The translations under genes and the position numbers were made by a program. A stretch of 64,000 nt of DNA from Candidatus Eiseniibacteriota bacterium (GTDB lineage: Bacteria; ARS69). Below are positions 8,418-19,028 of this stretch, one piece after another. The stretch lies in the NCBI GenBank assembly GCA_052390515.1, contig JBQTGV010000005.1, positions 34,802 through 98,801 of the forward strand. Direction: 5' to 3'. The number at the start of each line of letters is the position of its first letter. Position 1 is the stretch's first letter. The notes beneath the pieces are model-generated. The model had not been told where the DNA came from. It saw only the letters and a list, made by a program, of their open reading frames with translations, and ran no database searches.

Positions 8418-9743
8418 ATGGCCCGAAACCCCCTCGTCGCCGCGCGCCACGTCGCGAAGGAGCTTCGCGCCGACGGTCACGAGGCCTTCCTGGCGGGCGG
8501 AGCCGTCCGCGACCGCCTCCTCGGCCTCGAGCCCCACGACGTCGACGTGGCCACCTCGGCGCGGCCGGAGCAGATCATGGCCCGCTTCCCGGAGAGCCGC
8601 CTGGTCGGCGCCGCGTTCGGCGTGGTCCGCGTCCACCAGGGCGAGGACGAGATCGAGGTGGCCACGTTCCGCAGCGAGGGTCCCTACCTCGACGGCCGCC
8701 GGCCCAGCTCGGTGCGCTTCGCCACGGCCGAGGAGGACGTCCGGCGCCGCGACTTCACCGTGAACGGACTCCTGATGGACCCGGAGACCCTGGAGGTCCT
8801 CGATCGGGTGGGCGGCCGGGCGGATCTCGAGACGCGCACGCTCCGGGCCATCGGCGATCCTCGCGATCGGTTCCGCGAGGACCATCTTCGCCTGCTCCGC
8901 GCCGTGCGCCTCGCGGCACAGCTGGACTTCGCCGTCGAGCCGGGAACGAAGGCCGCAGTCGTGGAGCTGGCGCCGCTGGCGCGGGAAGTGGCGGCCGAGC
9001 GCACGCGCGACGAGCTGCTGCGGCTGCTCACCGGTCCGGCGCCGGCGCGCGGCCTCGAGCTGCTGCACGAGTGCGGTCTGCTGCGCGTCGTGCTCCCCGA
9101 CATCGCGGCGCTGGAGGGGGTGCCGCAGCCGCCCGAGTTCCATCCCGAGGGCGACGTGCTCACGCACACCGTGCTGCTGCTCCGACACCTCCGCTCCGCG
9201 TCGCCCACCCTGGCGCTCGGCGCGTTGCTGCACGACGTGGGCAAGCCGGCGACGTTCGTGCGCGGACCAGATCGCATCCGCTTCCCCGATCACGCGCGGG
9301 TCGGCGCGGAAATGGCCGACGGGATCTGCCGCGAGCTGCGCCTCTCCAACGAGTCCCGCGAACGGGTGGTCGATCTCGTCGCGCAGCACATGCGGTTCCT
9401 GGACGCGCAGAAGATGAAGACGTCCACGCTGAAGCGCTTCCTGCGCATGCCGTACTTCGACGAGCACCTCGAGCTGCACCGGGCGGACTGCCTCGCGAGC
9501 CATGGCAAGCTCGATAACTGGGAGTTCGTGTGCTGGCGCCTCGCCGAGTACGGAGGCGAGGAGCTGCGCCCGGCCCGACTGCTCGGCGGCGGCGACCTGC
9601 TGGCGCTGGGCTACCAGGAAGGCCCCGCCGTGGGTGCCGAGCTGCGCGCGCTGGAGGAGCTGCAGCTGGCCGGCGAGATCACCACGCGGGAGGAGGCGCT
9701 CGCCCGAGCCCGCCGCGATCTGGTCAAGCTTCGATCAACCTGA
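8418..9743 (+). CDS. cca: Class II tRNA nucleotidyltransferase (CCA-adding) with HD domain
   Basis: AGGAVRD, DVDVAT, EVATFR, RRDFTVNGL, FREDHLRLLRAVR, FHPEGDV, LLHDVGK. ATG at 8418. Confidence 0.9.
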   Translation: MARNPLVAARHVAKELRADGHEAFLAGGAVRDRLLGLEPHDVDVATSARPEQIMARFPESRLVGAAFGVVRVHQGEDEIEVATFRSEGPYLDGRRPSSVRFATAEEDVRRRDFTVNGLLMDPETLEVLDRVGGRADLETRTLRAIGDPRDRFREDHLRLLRAVRLAAQLDFAVEPGTKAAVVELAPLAREVAAERTRDELLRLLTGPAPARGLELLHECGLLRVVLPDIAALEGVPQPPEFHPEGDVLTHTVLLLRHLRSASPTLALGALLHDVGKPATFVRGPDRIRFPDHARVGAEMADGICRELRLSNESRERVVDLVAQHMRFLDAQKMKTSTLKRFLRMPYFDEHLELHRADCLASHGKLDNWEFVCWRLAEYGGEELRPARLLGGGDLLALGYQEGPAVGAELRALEELQLAGEITTREEALARARRDLVKLRST

Positions 9744-9881
9744 CGCCGGTCGTGTCCTCCCGAATCAGGCCGCCAATCTGACGCCGGCCCCTTTACCCGA
9801 CGGAGCCCGCCGGGCGATAATCGAACGGCTCATCGTTCGTCGGAATCCTCGGGTTCTTCAACCGCAGTCCTGGGAGGTCTC

Positions 9882-11192
9882 ATGCGCTTCCGGCGCCTCG
9901 CGATCGTCGCGGCCGGCATCTTCGCGTTCGCCGCGGCCACGCCCGTTCCGGCGGAGCCCGTTCGGATCAACGGGCTCGAGTTCGACAGCTGGCAGGACTA
10001 CGTGCACTCCGACTACTTCAAGCAGAACGGCATGCGCTGCGGCACGCAGGTGAGCATCCCGGAGGACGGAATGATCCTCGGCGTCCCGAACGACTGCGGC
10101 TCCAGCAACACCAACCCGCTCGCCGAGTACGACCCCGGCGCCACGATCACCATCCCGGTCGTGGTGCACATCATCACCAACACCGCCGGCACGGTCGGGC
10201 AAGTTCCGGACGCGCTCGTGCACAGCCAGATCGACATCCTGAACGAGGACTTCCTCGCGCTGACGGGCACGAACGGGGCGAACGGCAACTACGCCGCCAT
10301 CCAGTTCCAGCTCGCCACGGAGGATCCGCTGGGGAACCCGACGACGGGCATCACTCACAGCGCGAATACCACCTGGTACAACGACGGCGGCAACTACTTC
10401 AACACACTGGCCTGGGACACCGACGTGTACCTGAACATCTACACGAACTCGGCCCAGGGCTTCCTCGGCTACGTCCCGAACCTCCCGCAAGGCGGCGGCG
10501 TGGGACTCAACTCCGACCGCGTCGTGATCCTGTGGAGCGCGTTCGGGCGGGATGCCCCAGTCGGTCCACCGTACGACCAGGGCCGCACCGCGACGCACGA
10601 GGTCGGGCACTACCTGGGCCTCTACCACACCTTCCAGGCCTGCGGCACGGCGGCCACGTGCCACACCTCCGGCGATTTCATCTGCGACACGAATCCGGAG
10701 GCTTCGCCGACGTTCGGATGCCCGGGCAGCCGCTTGACCTGCACCCCCCCGGTCCAGGCTCCGGTCGAGAACTACATGGATTACTCCGACGACCTGTGCA
10801 TGACGGAGTTCACCGTCGAGCAGGTCAACCGCATGCGTTGCACGATCGAGCACTGGCGGCCGAACCTGCCGCTGCCGGGCGCGGTCGGCGCGAACGTGCT
10901 GGCCGAGCGGAGCGCCTTCCAGCTGCTGCATCAGAACGTGCCCAACCCGTTCCACCCCATGACGCAGATCCGCTTCGACCTGCCGGCCTCCGCCGACGTG
11001 TCGCTCCGGGTGATGGACGTCGCCGGCCGCACGGTGCGCACGCTCGCGGGAGGGCGACAGTCCGCCGGCTCCCATCAAGTGAGCTGGGACGGCACCGACG
11101 AGGCGAACGCCCCGGTCGCCGCAGGGGTGTATTTCTATCGCCTGGAGACGAGCCTCGGGTCGGAGACGCGGCAGATGGTGAAGGTGAAGTAG
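9882..11192 (+). CDS. Secreted M43 (ulilysin/pappalysin-type) zinc metalloprotease with C-terminal FlgD-Ig-like domain
   Basis: Signal peptide, RCGT cysteine switch, IPVVVHII, HEVGHYLGLYHTF, Met-turn NYMDY, C-terminal QNVPNPFHPMTQIRFDL...WDGTD...GVYFYRL. Confidence 0.92.
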   Translation: MRFRRLAIVAAGIFAFAAATPVPAEPVRINGLEFDSWQDYVHSDYFKQNGMRCGTQVSIPEDGMILGVPNDCGSSNTNPLAEYDPGATITIPVVVHIITNTAGTVGQVPDALVHSQIDILNEDFLALTGTNGANGNYAAIQFQLATEDPLGNPTTGITHSANTTWYNDGGNYFNTLAWDTDVYLNIYTNSAQGFLGYVPNLPQGGGVGLNSDRVVILWSAFGRDAPVGPPYDQGRTATHEVGHYLGLYHTFQACGTAATCHTSGDFICDTNPEASPTFGCPGSRLTCTPPVQAPVENYMDYSDDLCMTEFTVEQVNRMRCTIEHWRPNLPLPGAVGANVLAERSAFQLLHQNVPNPFHPMTQIRFDLPASADVSLRVMDVAGRTVRTLAGGRQSAGSHQVSWDGTDEANAPVAAGVYFYRLETSLGSETRQMVKVK

Positions 11193-11316
11193 CCGACCAT
11201 CCCGGAAAGCGCGGCCGGTTCTACCTCGCTCGATCTCGCTCGCCGTCCATGGCTCCCGGCGCGGCGGCGACGACGCGGGGCAGAACTGGCTGCGCTTCCG
11301 GGATCCCGCCGGCCCT

Positions 11317-13989
11317 TCACTTCCCCCCCGTGATCTCCTCCCTCACCAGCTCGATCCGCCGCTGAATCGCCGCGTCCTCCGGGCGAAGCCTCTGCGCCGC
11401 CTCCAGCAGCCGCAGCGCGTCGTCCAGCGCGCCGGCGCGTCGTGCCGCGAAGGCCTCGTCGACCCATGCTCGCGCCGCCTCACCGCGTAGCCCCGACGCG
11501 GCGAAGTCCTCGCGCGTGCCGCCGGCGTTCGCCGCGAACGAGACGAGGATGACGACGAGGAGGGCGGCGAAGGGCAGCGCGTTGCGCAGGCCACCGCCCG
11601 GGCCGGACTCCGACACGAGGCCGATCGTGGGGCGCCTGCGGGCCGCCACGAAGAGCGCACCCCACGCGAGCAGCGACACGAGCGAGACGGCCGCTCCCGC
11701 CGTCACGGAGCGCGGCTCGTGCCGCAGCTCGACCGTCCCTCCCGTCGCCGGCGCGACGAACCCTGCGAACAACCCGTCGGCGCGGAACACGGGGATATCG
11801 CTCCCGTCGGCTCCCTTCGCCTTCCAGCCCGGGTCCCACGACTCCGCCAGCACCACGATTCCGCGCGCCCCTGCCGGCACGTCCACGTCCCAGCGTCCGG
11901 CTCCCTGCTCCCGCGCCGCGAGCGCTGCATCGGCCGGGCCGCGCTGCTCCGCGGCCGGCAGTCCGGGCGGCGCGGTCTCGAGCAGCACCGCGCGCCGCGG
12001 ATCGTGGTCGTCGGCCCGAACGCGCGCCAGCAGGCCGGCACGGTCCACGGTCTCCCACGACGCGGCCAGCCGTGCGCGCGGCAGCGGATCTGCGTTGCTC
12101 GAGACCCACACGTCGCCCGGCAGTGCCTTCGCCTCCCAGCCCGCGCCGGCAATGCCGGAGCCGGTGGAGATGACCGCGTCGACGGCCAGCAGATCGGCCT
12201 GAGCCTCGGACAGCTCCGCTCTCGGGGCCGCGCCGGGCGCGCCGGCGAGTCCCGTCCACTCCAGCCACTGGGCCGGCGGGAGCGAGGTGAACCCTTCGCC
12301 GGAGTCCACGCCGTAGAGCAGGCCGCTGTTCGGCGGCAGCGTCCACGCGCCGGAGCGATAGCTCGCCTCGTTCCCCTTCCAGGCCGGCGTGAAGAGATCC
12401 GCCCGCGGCGCGCCGGGCGCACGCACCCACAGCTCGTCGACGCCCTGGCGGAAGACGCGCGGCCGGGGCTCGGTTCTCGGCAGTGCGGCGACGAGCGGAG
12501 GAGGCTCGACGATCCATGCCGCCGGGATCATCGGGTTGAACGGCGCGCCCCAGCTGCCGAGGTCCGCGGCCAGCACCGCTGCCGGAACGAACGCGGCCGC
12601 ACGCGGCACTCGGCGGAGCGCGAGCAGGCCCGCCGCCGCGAGCGCCGCGGCGAGCACCGTCGCGAGGCGGACCGAGCCGTCCTCCGCCGCGCGCGAGATC
12701 GAAGCGAGTCTCTCCGGCCAGAAGCGTCCGGTTTCCGCGATCCAGCCGTCCGGCGAGCGCGTGCCTTCGCCCTGAATCCACGCGGCGGCGGCGAACAGCA
12801 CCATCACCGACGCTCCCACGGCGAGCGCCCGCCGCCTTCGCGGCGCCGTCTCTCGCAGCAGCGCGTCGACGCCGAGTCCGGCCAGCGTCGCGAGCGCGAG
12901 AGTGAAGAGCAGGGCCCAGCGCGCCGGCAGTCGGGTCGAGGAGAGCAGCGGCACCCAGGAGAGCGCGCGGTAGGCCGGCGTGTACTTGCCAAGCATGAGG
13001 AGCAGCGAGAGCGCCGCCGCCGCCGAGAGGCACAGCGTCGCGCGGTCACGCCGCAGGACGAGCGCCGCCGCGGCGAGGCCCAGTGCGAGAATCCCCGCGT
13101 ACGAGCAGGTCTCGGCGAAGTGGCTCCAGTCCGGCCCGCCGTGGAACGTGCCGTCGACTGGCGTTCCGAAGAGATCCGGCGCCGCGAGCGTGGACAGCTG
13201 CCACGGCGGGAACGAGCCGAAGGTGAGGAAGTCCCAGTCCGCGGCGCCCGCCCGGGGCGTGCGCCCGATCAGCTCCCGCGCGGGAAGCACCTGCACCGCG
13301 GCGACCCCCGCCGCGAGCACGGCCGCGCCGAGGAGCACCGCGACGCCGCGCGCAAGCGTGCGTGCGCTCCCGCCTCGCCCGAGCAGCAGTCCCGCAGCCA
13401 GCGCGAGCGACATGATCGTCGCGTAGGGGTGCGCGCCGGCCAGTGACAGAGCGAGCGTTCCGGCCAGCGCCAGTGCCGGCCGCGCGCGGCCGGCGGCGGC
13501 GTCCCACGCGAAGGCCGCAGCCCACGGCGCGAGCGCCGCACCGACGAGCAGATTGAAGTGCACGACGTGCGTCACCAGGAACCCGGAAAGCTCGAACGCC
13601 ACCCCCGCAGCGATCGCCCCCGCCCATCCCGCAGAAAGCCGGCGCGCCAGGAAGCACGCTCCCGCACCGGCCAGCGCGAAGTGCAGCAGCACGCTGGCCG
13701 AGAACGCCGCGGTCGCCGGCAGCAGGAGGAAGAGCAGGAACGTCGGCGGGTAGAGCGGGCCCGTCTGGGTCTCGGCGAAGAGCGGGAATCCGGCGAACAT
13801 CCCCGGGCACCACGTGGCGAACCGCCCCTGGCGGAGCTCGTCGAACCACCAAGCGCGGAACGCGAGGTTCTGCATCCAGGTGTCGTAGTGGAAGAACGAT
13901 CGACCCTCGAGCGCGCCGGGGAAGAGCGCGAGCGCCACGGCCGGGAACACGAGCCAGGGACCGGCCGCCCGCAGTCGCGCGGGGATCAT
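11317..13989 (-). CDS. YfhO-like polytopic membrane protein (GT-C type), short C-terminal TPR
   Basis: WCPGMFAGFPLFAETQTGPLYPP, many TM helices, RLPARW, LPRARL, VVLAESWDPGWKA...RADGLFAG. Confidence 0.8.
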   Translation of the reverse strand: MIPARLRAAGPWLVFPAVALALFPGALEGRSFFHYDTWMQNLAFRAWWFDELRQGRFATWCPGMFAGFPLFAETQTGPLYPPTFLLFLLLPATAAFSASVLLHFALAGAGACFLARRLSAGWAGAIAAGVAFELSGFLVTHVVHFNLLVGAALAPWAAAFAWDAAAGRARPALALAGTLALSLAGAHPYATIMSLALAAGLLLGRGGSARTLARGVAVLLGAAVLAAGVAAVQVLPARELIGRTPRAGAADWDFLTFGSFPPWQLSTLAAPDLFGTPVDGTFHGGPDWSHFAETCSYAGILALGLAAAALVLRRDRATLCLSAAAALSLLLMLGKYTPAYRALSWVPLLSSTRLPARWALLFTLALATLAGLGVDALLRETAPRRRRALAVGASVMVLFAAAAWIQGEGTRSPDGWIAETGRFWPERLASISRAAEDGSVRLATVLAAALAAAGLLALRRVPRAAAFVPAAVLAADLGSWGAPFNPMIPAAWIVEPPPLVAALPRTEPRPRVFRQGVDELWVRAPGAPRADLFTPAWKGNEASYRSGAWTLPPNSGLLYGVDSGEGFTSLPPAQWLEWTGLAGAPGAAPRAELSEAQADLLAVDAVISTGSGIAGAGWEAKALPGDVWVSSNADPLPRARLAASWETVDRAGLLARVRADDHDPRRAVLLETAPPGLPAAEQRGPADAALAAREQGAGRWDVDVPAGARGIVVLAESWDPGWKAKGADGSDIPVFRADGLFAGFVAPATGGTVELRHEPRSVTAGAAVSLVSLLAWGALFVAARRRPTIGLVSESGPGGGLRNALPFAALLVVILVSFAANAGGTREDFAASGLRGEAARAWVDEAFAARRAGALDDALRLLEAAQRLRPEDAAIQRRIELVREEITGGK

Positions 13990-15569
13990 CCGGCGGCCTC
14001 CACCCGGCGCCAGACCGTGACCGTGGCGAACGGGTACAGCCAGTCGTGCGGGGCGAAGCTCCGCCCGAAGATCCGTCGCTCGCGCGGCGGGATGCGCTCA
14101 AAGACGGCCGCCGGGCGGTAGTCGGCGCGGAGCTCGCGCAGGAATCCGAGGGCCGCGGGAACCCCGGTGCGCTCCTCCTCGCGGTGCTCGAACTCGCTCA
14201 GGACGAAGAACTCGGGAGCGTTCCGCTCCAGCGCCGTGACGTTCCACCCGCGGAACACGACGAAGCGGTACCGGCCGCGCTCCGCCTCGTAGGCCGCGAA
14301 CGTCTCGTACGCGTCGTCGCCGCCGTTCCACGGCGTGATGGCGGCGGTGTAGTGCCACGGCGTCTTGGCCAGCCCGACACCCGCGCCGTTCGGCGCGTTC
14401 GCCTGCATCCACTCCGCCGCCGCCGTGCGCGGGTCGGTGGCGGCGAACGCCGCCTGCTGGCGACCGGTCAGCATCACGAGCGACGCCAGCACGATCGCGA
14501 GCACGCCACGCCGCGCACCCCCGTGCCGCACGGCCGCGGTGCCGTGCGCGGCTGCGACGGCCAGCACCGGCGCGAGCGGCAGCAGGTAACGGAGGAAGCG
14601 CACCTCGGACGCGCCGAGCAGCGCGAAGTACGCCGACGCGAACGCCAGCACGACGAGGTCCGCGGCGCTTCGCCGCCGAGCGAGCAGCACGAGCCCCGCG
14701 CCGCCGGCCAGCGCGAGGGGTACGCCGGCGACGTACGGAAGGTTCGCGGTCAGGTGGTACCACCAGCCGTTGCCGGTCTGAGCGAAGACCTCGCCGTGTC
14801 CGCTGCGCGCGTGCTCGAACAGCTCGAACCCGACGTCCTCGCGGAACGCGGCGAAGTCCAGCACGGCGTATGGAGTGGCGAGCACGAAGGCGGCGAGCGC
14901 CGCGAGGCACGCCGCCCCGGCACGGCGCAGCTTCCGCCCGGCGTCACCCGCTGCGCCGGCGCGGCCCACCGCGACGGCGACCACCGGCGCGAGCAGGACG
15001 ATGCCCGCGTTGTACTTCGTCGCCGCGGCGAGCCCGGCGGCGGCTCCGGCAAGCGCGGCGCTCTTCGCCGAGGGCGTCTCCGCCACGCGTACCGCCAGGA
15101 TGAGCGTGAGCGTGGTGAGGAACGCCGCCGGCACGTCCACCGTCGCGAAGGCCGAGTGCAGCACGTGTCCGGGCATCAGCGCGAGGAAGGACGCGGCCAC
15201 CCACGCGGCGCGCTCTCCGGAAAGCGCCCGCGAGAGCTTCGCCACGAGCACCACCGTTCCGGCGGCGAACGCCAGCGTGATCAGCCGCGCGATCACGTGC
15301 GTGCCGACGACGGTCTTCACGAATCCGGCGGCGTGCAGCGGCCAGGCGAGCAGCCACGTGAGATAGATGGTCGCGCTCCCGTAGTGGAAGAAGCGCGGGT
15401 TCAGGTCGCCCGTGTTGAGCATGCCGTTCACCGTGCCGGCGACGGAGAACTCGTCCGGATGGTACGAGAAGAAGTGCGTCTCGTCGGGCAGACCCCAGCC
15501 GAGCCCGGCCGCCCGCGCGAGGACGGCGAGTCCCACGATCCCGAGCGCGGCCCCGCCCGGCTTCTTCAA
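13986..15569 (-). CDS. GT-C glycosyltransferase (PMT_2/ArnT-like)
   Basis: GLGWGLP, YHPDE, LNPRFFHYGS, SAFATVDVP, ATKYNAG, RYLLPLAP. TTG start overlaps upstream stop (TTGA). Confidence 0.82.
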   Translation of the reverse strand: MKKPGGAALGIVGLAVLARAAGLGWGLPDETHFFSYHPDEFSVAGTVNGMLNTGDLNPRFFHYGSATIYLTWLLAWPLHAAGFVKTVVGTHVIARLITLAFAAGTVVLVAKLSRALSGERAAWVAASFLALMPGHVLHSAFATVDVPAAFLTTLTLILAVRVAETPSAKSAALAGAAAGLAAATKYNAGIVLLAPVVAVAVGRAGAAGDAGRKLRRAGAACLAALAAFVLATPYAVLDFAAFREDVGFELFEHARSGHGEVFAQTGNGWWYHLTANLPYVAGVPLALAGGAGLVLLARRRSAADLVVLAFASAYFALLGASEVRFLRYLLPLAPVLAVAAAHGTAAVRHGGARRGVLAIVLASLVMLTGRQQAAFAATDPRTAAAEWMQANAPNGAGVGLAKTPWHYTAAITPWNGGDDAYETFAAYEAERGRYRFVVFRGWNVTALERNAPEFFVLSEFEHREEERTGVPAALGFLRELRADYRPAAVFERIPPRERRIFGRSFAPHDWLYPFATVTVWRRVEAAG

Positions 15570-17782
15570 GGGAGTCCCCGACCCCGCCGGAGCGCCCACT
15601 CCCCGCCGAGCAGCGCGAGCAGCGCGAGGAACACCAGAGGCTGCTCTTGGAACGGCCACTCCTTCACGGATTGCTCCACGACGGGCTCCAGGTCCAGGAG
15701 CTCCGGCAGCTCATCGAGCGCCGACAGCTCGAGGAACCGTCCCCCCGACTCCTGCGAGATCTGCTGCAGCATGGCGAAGTCCGGCGCCGGATCCTCGAAC
15801 TCCAGCCGGTAGGGAGCCACGGTCATCTCCGAGCGATCCTCGCCGAGCTCGGCGCCTCCGGCGCTCGCAGCGCCGTCGACGCGATAGTCGCCCGGCGGAA
15901 GGCCGGGCAGGGTCCCGCGGTACCGTCCGCCTCCGACATCCGGCAGCGAGATCTCCCGCGCTCGCTCGTCTTCGGTCCCGAGCGGACCGAGCACGGTCGC
16001 GCGCACGTCGGCTCCTTCGATCGGGCGAAAGTCGTCGTCGTACACCTGACCCTCGATGATCACCGTCTCGGCACCGTCGAAAAGGCTCTTGCCGGGGCGG
16101 ACCAGCACCTGCTTCAGCTCGTCGCGGGCGACGAGCCAGCGTACGCTCCGCGACACCAGGTGCCGGAACGCGTCTCCCGGACGGCCCGTCCCCCAGAGAT
16201 ACAGATCCCATCTCCAGTACGGGCCGCCGGCCACGGCCAGCACGCGGCCGCGCCCGGTCTCCAGCGTCGTGACCAGGGGCATCTCCTCCCGTGCCGCTCC
16301 GTCCAGCTCGCCCAGGACGAGAGTGCGCGCCTCCGGCCGGCGGCGGAGGAACATCGGCGCCTCGGCGAGCGGAGGCAGCTCGCTCCACAGGCGTGCGTTC
16401 GCCGCCTCGTCGTCGGCGAGCGTCGTCACCGGATGCGTGCGCCCGGATTGCGTGAGCCGCGGCAGGACCTGGCCGCGCCGGGGCCGGGACATGGGCTCGG
16501 ACACGAACGGCATCAGCTCGGCGAGCGGGCTGCCGGTCAGGTCGAACGCGCGGGCCGATCCCGTCACCAGGAGCGCGCCTCCGCGCTCGCTGACGAAGCG
16601 CGCCAGATTCGCGGAGTTCGTGGAGCCGAGATCCGAGGCGGCCATGTCGGAGAGCACCACCAGATCGTACCGCGCGAGATCGGCGTAGCGCGTCGGGAAG
16701 GCCTTGCCGCGCCGGCCCAGGGCTCCCTCGAAACCCGTCAGGGACTGTACGGTCGCGTCGACCTGGAGGGAAACATCGGCCTCCAGCGCGCGCTTCAGGA
16801 ACGTCAGGTCGAACGTCGGGCGGGAGGCGGCGAGCAGCACGCGGATCTTCTCGCGCAGCACTCGCACCGCGAAGAGGTGCTCGTTGTTGGACGCGGAGAT
16901 CTCGCCCTCCTGCGGCCTCGTCCACACGCGATAGACGTGGAGGCCCTCCTCGTGCGGCACGTACTCGAGGTCCACGCCGGCCTCGATCCCGCCTCCGGGA
17001 AGGTCGACCGTCGCCGAGTCGATCACCGCGTCCCCTTCGGACAGATAGACGCGGACTCCGGGCGCGGCATCGCCGCGGGCGCGGATCTTCGCCTCCACCG
17101 GAACGACGTTGTCCAGGTACGACACGCCCGAGGCGATCACGTCGAACACCGACAGATCCGTGACCGGACCGGAGCTTCCCACGCCGACCGTGTAGACGGG
17201 AACGGCCAGACGTCGCGCTTCGGCGCGGGGATCGGCGCCGACGTTGCGCGATCCGTCGGACAGCATGACCACGGCGCCGGTCCGGCTGCGCAGCCCGCCC
17301 ACGCCGTCGGCCAGCGCGCCGGCGAGGTCGGTGCGATCCTCGCGCGGGACGAGATCCATCTCGCCGTCCTCGCCGGTGAGCGGCTCCACCGAGCCGCCGA
17401 AGCGGTACGCGTCCACGCGCCCCTCGCCCTGCAGCGCCTCGAGCAGCTCGGTGTCCGCGAGCGCCTTCGCCATGCGCTCCGCGCGGGTCGGCGCCGGACC
17501 CGCCGTCTCGCCCTCGCCTTCCGGGAACGGGATCGTCATCGAGAGCGACGCGTCGGCGAGCAGCACGATCCGCGGGGGTGCGCGGCGCTCCGCGAAGAAC
17601 GCCAGCACCGGCTCCATCAGCAGCAGCACGACGAGCGCCACGGAGGCGAGCCGCAGGGCGAGCAGCGGAAAGCGCGGCGCGGCGTACAGGCGAAGCGAGA
17701 GCACGAGCAGCACCGCCGCCAGCGCGAGCAGCACCAGCCAGGGCCCGCCGAGCAGCTCCAGCGAGACCGAGGTCGGCGTCAC
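15566..17782 (-). CDS. Membrane-anchored vWA plus glutamine-amidotransferase-like domain protein
   Basis: N-terminal TM helices, MIDAS DASLSM, TDLAGAL, MLSDG, VPVYTVGVG, C-terminal EWALRRGRGL. Confidence 0.8.
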   Translation of the reverse strand: MTPTSVSLELLGGPWLVLLALAAVLLVLSLRLYAAPRFPLLALRLASVALVVLLLMEPVLAFFAERRAPPRIVLLADASLSMTIPFPEGEGETAGPAPTRAERMAKALADTELLEALQGEGRVDAYRFGGSVEPLTGEDGEMDLVPREDRTDLAGALADGVGGLRSRTGAVVMLSDGSRNVGADPRAEARRLAVPVYTVGVGSSGPVTDLSVFDVIASGVSYLDNVVPVEAKIRARGDAAPGVRVYLSEGDAVIDSATVDLPGGGIEAGVDLEYVPHEEGLHVYRVWTRPQEGEISASNNEHLFAVRVLREKIRVLLAASRPTFDLTFLKRALEADVSLQVDATVQSLTGFEGALGRRGKAFPTRYADLARYDLVVLSDMAASDLGSTNSANLARFVSERGGALLVTGSARAFDLTGSPLAELMPFVSEPMSRPRRGQVLPRLTQSGRTHPVTTLADDEAANARLWSELPPLAEAPMFLRRRPEARTLVLGELDGAAREEMPLVTTLETGRGRVLAVAGGPYWRWDLYLWGTGRPGDAFRHLVSRSVRWLVARDELKQVLVRPGKSLFDGAETVIIEGQVYDDDFRPIEGADVRATVLGPLGTEDERAREISLPDVGGGRYRGTLPGLPPGDYRVDGAASAGGAELGEDRSEMTVAPYRLEFEDPAPDFAMLQQISQESGGRFLELSALDELPELLDLEPVVEQSVKEWPFQEQPLVFLALLALLGGEWALRRGRGLP

Positions 17783-18528
17783 GCGCGCAGCTCGCGGGCC
17801 CGCTGCACGAGGCGCGGCAGGATGGAGCCGGAGGGTCCGCGCAGCGACCAGTCGAGCTCGCCGGTCAGCTCCGTCGTCTCGGGATTCACCTCGACGGTGG
17901 ACGCTCCCGCGTCACGCGCGGTGAGTGGAAGCCCGGCGGCGGGCCACACCACGCCGGACGTGCCCACCACGAGGCACACGTCCGCTTCCCGGGCATGGCG
18001 CGCGGCCAGCGCGAACGTCTCGGCGGGCAGCAGCTCGCCGAAGAGCACCACGGCGGGGCGGAGAATCCCGCCGCACGCGCACCGCGGCGGGAGCGCCGGG
18101 GCCGGGAAGGGGAACGGATCCACCACGGCGCCGCATCCCGCGAGGCAGCGCGCGCGCCACAGCGAGCCGTGCACCTCGAGAACCTGCGAGGAGCCGGCGC
18201 GCTGGTGGAGGCCGTCGATGTTCTGGGTGATCGTGACGACCTCCTCGAACACGGCCTCCAGCGCCGCGACGGCCTCGTGTCCGGCGTTCGGAGCGACCGA
18301 CTGCACGTGCTCGCGGCGGCGCTCGTAGAACTCCCACACCTTGCGCGGGTTCCGCTCCAGCGCCTCCGGCGTGGCCACCTCTTCGATGGAGTGCTGCTCC
18401 CAGAGCCCGCCCGCGTCGCGGAACGTGGCGACGCCGCTCTCCGCGGAGATCCCGGCGCCGGACACGACCACGACTTTGCGCGCCGAGGCGAGAGCCCGGG
18501 CTGCGTGCTCGAAGTCGTCCACGGTCAT
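17779..18528 (-). CDS. cobB: NAD-dependent protein deacylase (class III sirtuin)
   Basis: GAGISAESGVATFR, YxxR (FYERR), TQNIDGLH, HGSL, Zn-binding Cys pairs, RPAVVLFGE, GTSGVVWPAA. Confidence 0.93.
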   Translation of the reverse strand: MTVDDFEHAARALASARKVVVVSGAGISAESGVATFRDAGGLWEQHSIEEVATPEALERNPRKVWEFYERRREHVQSVAPNAGHEAVAALEAVFEEVVTITQNIDGLHQRAGSSQVLEVHGSLWRARCLAGCGAVVDPFPFPAPALPPRCACGGILRPAVVLFGELLPAETFALAARHAREADVCLVVGTSGVVWPAAGLPLTARDAGASTVEVNPETTELTGELDWSLRGPSGSILPRLVQRARELRA

Positions 18529-19028
18529 GGTCCCGGATGTTCGGCTGCGGCGCGCACCAGCACCGAGAGGGCGTGGGGGAGGACCGGCGCCAGCGCCGCG
18601 AACATGTCCACGGCACCCTGGGGGCTGCCGGGCAGGTTCACGATCAGCGATCCCGCGCGGAGCCCGGCGACGCCTCGGGAGAGCGGCGCGAAGCGCGAGC
18701 GGGCGAGCGTGGCCGCCCGCGCGTGCTCGGCGAGCCCCGGCGCCTCGCGCTCGATCACCGCGAGCGTCGCCTCGGGGGTGACGTCCCGCGGCGCGAACCC
18801 CGTGCCCCCCGTCGTGAGAATCAGCGGCACGCGCTCCACGTCCGCCAAGCGGATCAGCTCCGCCTCGATCACGGTGCGCTCGTCCGGGACGATGCGTCGG
18901 GCGACGACGTCGAAGCCCGCAGCCCCGGCCGCCTCCGCGAGAGCCGGCCCGGAGCGGTCCTCGCGCTCCCCGCGATGCGAGCGGTCGCTCACGGTGAGCA
19001 CCGCGGCGCGGAACCGCTCGCCGGTCAC
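18525..19028 (-). CDS. MogA/MoaB family molybdopterin adenylyltransferase
   Basis: LTVSDR, DRSGP, IVPDE, TTGGTGFAPRDVTPEAT, LSRG, NLPGSP. GTG start overlaps moaC stop. Confidence 0.92.
   Translation of the reverse strand: MTGERFRAAVLTVSDRSHRGEREDRSGPALAEAAGAAGFDVVARRIVPDERTVIEAELIRLADVERVPLILTTGGTGFAPRDVTPEATLAVIEREAPGLAEHARAATLARSRFAPLSRGVAGLRAGSLIVNLPGSPQGAVDMFAALAPVLPHALSVLVRAAAEHPGP

Noticed and set aside
10930-11192. Flagellar hook-capping gene flgD
   Set aside because: Only the Ig-like tag fused to a protease; no flagellar genes in the window.
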